Assembly (NCBI GenBank): GCA_050124795.1
Contig: JASFEO010000013.1
Coordinates: 1 to 38,749, forward strand
Direction of reading: 5' to 3'
Length of the DNA stretch: 38,749 nucleotides
From: Candidatus Pacearchaeota archaeon
Lineage (GTDB): Archaea; Nanobdellota; Nanobdellia; Pacearchaeales; GW2011-AR1
Part shown: in pieces, positions 35,038 through 38,749 of the stretch
How the letters are laid out: each line of letters starts with the position of its first letter
How positions within the stretch are numbered: the stretch's first letter is position 1
Program-made: the position numbers and the translations under genes
The notes under the pieces: model-generated
What the model was told of the DNA's origin: nothing
Seen by the model: only the letters and a program-made list of their open reading frames with translations
The model's database searches: none

Positions 35038-38000
35038 TTACCCCCCCAAACTTGCCTCAAAATTCACCGTTGATTCACGACTCCCGCTCCCTTCATTATT
35101 CGGAACTTCAACTAACAAGTCAACCTCTGCCGAGTCTGTTGAATCATCCCAATCAATTCTCACAATTGCCATTTCCTGAGTTGAATTTGGAACATCGCTC
35201 CACGACGTTTGCGACTGACCCCAATTAAAACTTCCTTCCTCACCAGTATAATTATCAATCTTATATCTAAAATACGACGACGGGTTGGAAATAGTATTCC
35301 ACAAATCAGTTGCATTAATTGTTATATTTGAAAAACAATTTCCATCATTTTGAATTAAAAAAGGATAAGGATTATTTGTAGTTGTATTACTGGCCCCACC
35401 TTGAGCAATTGGACCAAAGCTAACAGTATCATTAATCAAAGTTATCAAAACCTCCGACTGATAATCAACCCTCCACTCAGTTGCCCAGCCACCATAAGTT
35501 GCACCGCTATCATCACTTGCCCGCACAGTCCAATTATAATAATAATTATTATCCTGCAGACAATTCATATAAGAACTTGGAATATAATACTCATTGATTA
35601 TCCCAGTATCATTTCTGTCAGAGTCAGAACAAGGCGAACCAGGAGAACCAGTATCATGCAAACTTATATTTATCTGATAAGTCAAGGCATCATTATCATC
35701 GTCATTTCCACTCCAAGTAAACAACTGCGTCCTATTCGTTGTCACATTATTATTTGCGGGGCCGACAAGTGTTGCAGTCGGCAAAGTATTCAAAATTTCT
35801 AAATCACTGGAATTAATCCAATTGGAATAATCAGTCCCGTCATAAAGCATCATTCCACAAGTCCAATTATCTGTTTTAGTGGTATTTCCAGAATCCAAAA
35901 TTGCACTAAACATTGTTGCATTTACATAAGAATTATTATAATCAATTGTCAAATTCAAAACATCATTCTTTATCCACTGAATTGTTACATTCAATAAATC
36001 TCCTGAATCATTATCTGTAATCAACGAAGAACAATTCAAATCCGATGCTGTCTGGTTATTTCCATCAACTGAAACTAAAATTGGGGCTGGATTGTTTGGT
36101 GCAACACCTCCGTAATCAACTGCTTCTGTTTGAGTATCAGCAACTACATTCTCTAAATAAGTTACATTTAAATATAAATCCTGTAGTCCAGACAAGCCAT
36201 TTGGAACAGTTATATTAACCTGCCATCCAAGATTACCAAAATAATCAAATTCATTTTCTCCAGGCAAATCTGTTACATTCAAAACATCCACTGCAACATC
36301 CCCCCAATATCCATTATTGCCATTTCTATCATAATCAAACCTTATATCTCTTGTTCCAGAATAAGAAGATAAATCAATTTCAACAACTCCCCAGGCTGTT
36401 CCTTGGTCTCCTGCCAAACTCCATAAAGAAATCCATCCTCCTGCTCCATCATCAATTTGGAAACTAAGATTCCCCATATCTGCCCCATACATACTATAAG
36501 CAAAACTAAAATTAACATTTGAGTAGGTATCCATATCAGTATCATTATATTGAAGATAAGCATGACCTGTTGCAGTATTACAATCACTACCTGAAGTTTC
36601 AACATAAGCATAAAAATTATCATCATAACCCGCATCATCAGTTGGGCAATCTGCAACCCCCCCGCACGGACCAGTATCAAGGCTAGGAGTTCCATCATCA
36701 TCTTGTTGCCAAACACATCCAGTATCACTAGCATAATAAGTATCCCAATTTCCAAGATCAGTACTAAAAGTTTCAAATTCAATTTCAGTTTGATTTAATT
36801 TAGAAGGAACAAAATCTGAAAGAACCCCCCCAATAGTAACATTCTCCAGATTCACCCCTGAAGTCACATTAACACTTTCTCGCAAAAGATTAAAATTTAT
36901 TGAAATATTATCCCCCCCTGAAACTGAAACAGGACTGGAAGTTGTTGGATCTGTAATTTCAAGTTCTAAAGTAGTCACAACAAAATTAACATAACTTGAA
37001 TTTACATTATTACTTGTATCATTTATCCAGATTGTAACATTATGATTTCCATTTGTCCAGATAATATCGGTAATATTTGTTCCACAACTAGCCAAAGTTG
37101 TATTAACTGCTCCTGAATCATTAGTATACCAGCAGGAATCCACATCCCCTTCATCAGTATAAGTATAATTAATATCCTGATAAATATCATGAATAACTGA
37201 ATTATTCTGAGGGGTTGTAATTGCCAGTTCCGGGGCAGTTGAATCTCCAGCTCCCAAAACAACCCACCTAAAAACATTTCTTCCAGTAGTGTTTCCATCC
37301 CCCAATGAAGTTAAATTATAAGCTGTTAAGTTCTCTGTATAACCTGCCTTAGAAACATTCACAACATGGGGAGTTGCATAATACTTGTCTGTTTCATTTT
37401 GCACATACTCAATTGCATTATATATTAAAGGAGTTGTCTCTCCTGTTGAATTTGTAAAAGAACTAAACACATTTACAGACGAGGAATTAGTAATATTAAT
37501 CGCAGCATCTTCCAAAAATCCGCTTGAATCATTCACTATATTTTGAATATGCCATTTCCTAATTAAAGAAAGATTATGCCCAGATTGAATACTCTCCCCA
37601 CTATAAGTACAATTTAAAAAAGAATTTGTTTCTATCCTCGCATTATCTGAGTCCGCATAAATCCCTGTTCCGCCATTAATCTCTATGCAATCTGTAAAAT
37701 TATTCATAGATGAATTATAAAAAAAGATTCCATATCCTCCTGAAGAAACACTTGCATTTAAACCAACAAATGAATTATAATCAGAAGCATATAACTGCAG
37801 CCCCCGATAGTTTTCACTCAAAGCAAAATCTCTGGAAAAAGTATTTCCTAATGAAGATAAAACATAAATCCCCACAGAAGTGCTTGAATTCCCAGTATTT
37901 GACACAAAAGTATTATTTGATGAAGATGAAATGTAAATTCCTTCGTTAGAAACTGAGGTTCCTATATTTTCTGTGAAGTTATTCCATGAAGAAGATAAAA

Positions 38001-38748
38001 CATAAATTCCCTGGCTTGATGCTGAAGTTCCTATGTTTTCTGTGAAGTTATTCCATGAAGAAGATAAAACATAAAATGCTCGATTAGAAACAGAAATACC
38101 TCTGTTCAAAAAAAGAGTATTATAATTAGAAGAAGTGGAGAGATAAATTCCATAGCTTGAATTGGACTCTCCATTATTTTCAGTTAAATTATTATTCAAA
38201 GAAGAATATAAATAAATTCCATAGCTTGAATTAGAAGTCCCATTATTTTTTGTTAAAGTATTATTTGAAGATGAAGACAAATAAATTCCAACACTAGATG
38301 ATGAAAAAACACTAATATTATTATTTATTAATTCTCCATGATTTATTGTATTCAAATAAATTCCATTTCTTCCACTGCCCAAAGAACTTAAATTTCCATC
38401 AGAGATAGTGCAATTATATATTTTTGTATAATTCTGATTTGAATAAACCCCTCGCTGACTTGCTCCTCCTGAAGTTGAAAAATTAATTAAATACCCTGCG
38501 CAATCCAAAGTTACATTTTCTGCAGAAATTGTAAAACAAGTTCCAGATGAAGAAACCTTATTTGTCAAAGTATAAACAGAATTAGGAGTTGACAAAGTCT
38601 GGCACTCTGAAGCATCAACAGTAAAATTAACATAACTTGAATTTACATTATTACTTGTATCATTTATCCAGATTGTAACATTATGATTTCCATTTGTCCA
38701 GATAATATCGGTAATATTTGTTCCACAACTAGCCAAAGTTGTATTAAC
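35038..38748 (-). CDS. Large surface glycoprotein (5'-truncated): Ig-like repeats, NosD/CASH beta-helix, MAM-like domain
   Basis: Frame open to the window edge; GIYL.SS..N...N.G.S repeats; many N-x-S/T sequons; YAYVETS / FAYSMYGADMGNL / LWSLAGDQGTAW / GDVAVD. Confidence 0.88.
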   Translation of the reverse strand, partial: VNTTLASCGTNITDIIWTNGNHNVTIWINDTSNNVNSSYVNFTVDASECQTLSTPNSVYTLTNKVSSSGTCFTISAENVTLDCAGYLINFSTSGGASQRGVYSNQNYTKIYNCTISDGNLSSLGSGRNGIYLNTINHGELINNNISVFSSSSVGIYLSSSSNNTLTKNNGTSNSSYGIYLYSSLNNNLTENNGESNSSYGIYLSTSSNYNTLFLNRGISVSNRAFYVLSSSWNNFTENIGTSASSQGIYVLSSSWNNFTENIGTSVSNEGIYISSSSNNTFVSNTGNSSTSVGIYVLSSLGNTFSRDFALSENYRGLQLYASDYNSFVGLNASVSSGGYGIFFYNSSMNNFTDCIEINGGTGIYADSDNARIETNSFLNCTYSGESIQSGHNLSLIRKWHIQNIVNDSSGFLEDAAINITNSSSVNVFSSFTNSTGETTPLIYNAIEYVQNETDKYYATPHVVNVSKAGYTENLTAYNLTSLGDGNTTGRNVFRWVVLGAGDSTAPELAITTPQNNSVIHDIYQDINYTYTDEGDVDSCWYTNDSGAVNTTLASCGTNITDIIWTNGNHNVTIWINDTSNNVNSSYVNFVVTTLELEITDPTTSSPVSVSGGDNISINFNLLRESVNVTSGVNLENVTIGGVLSDFVPSKLNQTEIEFETFSTDLGNWDTYYASDTGCVWQQDDDGTPSLDTGPCGGVADCPTDDAGYDDNFYAYVETSGSDCNTATGHAYLQYNDTDMDTYSNVNFSFAYSMYGADMGNLSFQIDDGAGGWISLWSLAGDQGTAWGVVEIDLSSYSGTRDIRFDYDRNGNNGYWGDVAVDVLNVTDLPGENEFDYFGNLGWQVNITVPNGLSGLQDLYLNVTYLENVVADTQTEAVDYGGVAPNNPAPILVSVDGNNQTASDLNCSSLITDNDSGDLLNVTIQWIKNDVLNLTIDYNNSYVNATMFSAILDSGNTTKTDNWTCGMMLYDGTDYSNWINSSDLEILNTLPTATLVGPANNNVTTNRTQLFTWSGNDDDNDALTYQINISLHDTGSPGSPCSDSDRNDTGIINEYYIPSSYMNCLQDNNYYYNWTVRASDDSGATYGGWATEWRVDYQSEVLITLINDTVSFGPIAQGGASNTTTNNPYPFLIQNDGNCFSNITINATDLWNTISNPSSYFRYKIDNYTGEEGSFNWGQSQTSWSDVPNSTQEMAIVRIDWDDSTDSAEVDLLVEVPNNEGSGSRESTVNFEASLGG
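36982..37108. repeat. Internal copy of a 127-bp exact repeat (Ig-like module)
   Basis: Identical by eye to 38623..38749. Confidence 0.9.
37967..38075. repeat. Beta-helix coil duplication with 69-bp period
   Basis: ttttctgtgaagttattccatgaagaagataaaacataaa at 37967-38006 and 38036-38075 (YVLSSSWNNFTEN twice). Confidence 0.85.
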
Positions 38749-38749
38749 T
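38623..38749. repeat. Terminal copy of the 127-bp exact repeat
   Basis: Identical by eye to 36982..37108; runs to the window end. Confidence 0.9.

Noticed and set aside
36982-38749. Repeat pair as a diversity-generating retroelement template/variable repeat
   Set aside because: The copies are identical with no adenine-specific mismatches, both are in-frame within one gene, and there is no reverse transcriptase in the window.
1-38749. CRISPR array, tRNA, rRNA or alternative genetic code
   Set aside because: No regularly spaced repeat-spacer pattern and no GC-rich cloverleaf-like intergenic segment were seen by eye; conserved genes are intact and TAA, TAG and TGA all act as stops.

Overview
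An AT-rich archaeal chromosomal segment read with the standard genetic code. RadA, EF-1beta, RPA, class III signal peptides and TATA boxes 25-30 nt before start codons show it is archaeal. The overall gene style suggests a DPANN archaeon, probably Pacearchaeota-like (inference). The window looks like a whole contig: the left end is the 3' end of an IS5-like element, and the last 127 bp are an exact copy of an internal repeat. From left to right it holds an ICMT-like membrane methyltransferase, two giant Cys-rich exported proteins, ndk, a radA / Holliday-junction-resolvase-like / RPA block, ef1b and a degenerate HIT protein. Next is a ~12 kb type IV pilus-like locus: an A24 prepilin peptidase, seven pilin-like genes, several unannotated micro-ORFs, a platform protein and a secretion ATPase, interrupted by an MNT-HEPN pair and an MFS transporter. 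The right end has coiled-coil and membrane proteins, a PRC-barrel protein, an M50-like protein lacking HExxH, and two beta-helix surface proteins, one with a MAM-like domain. The best candidate for an undescribed system is the pilin array with its hidden, translationally coupled micro-ORFs (33-50 aa) and a 37-aa very basic peptide. A covarying 3' hairpin at two distant gene ends is also notable. No rRNA, tRNA, CRISPR array or reverse transcriptase was seen. All calls are by eye; no searches were run.
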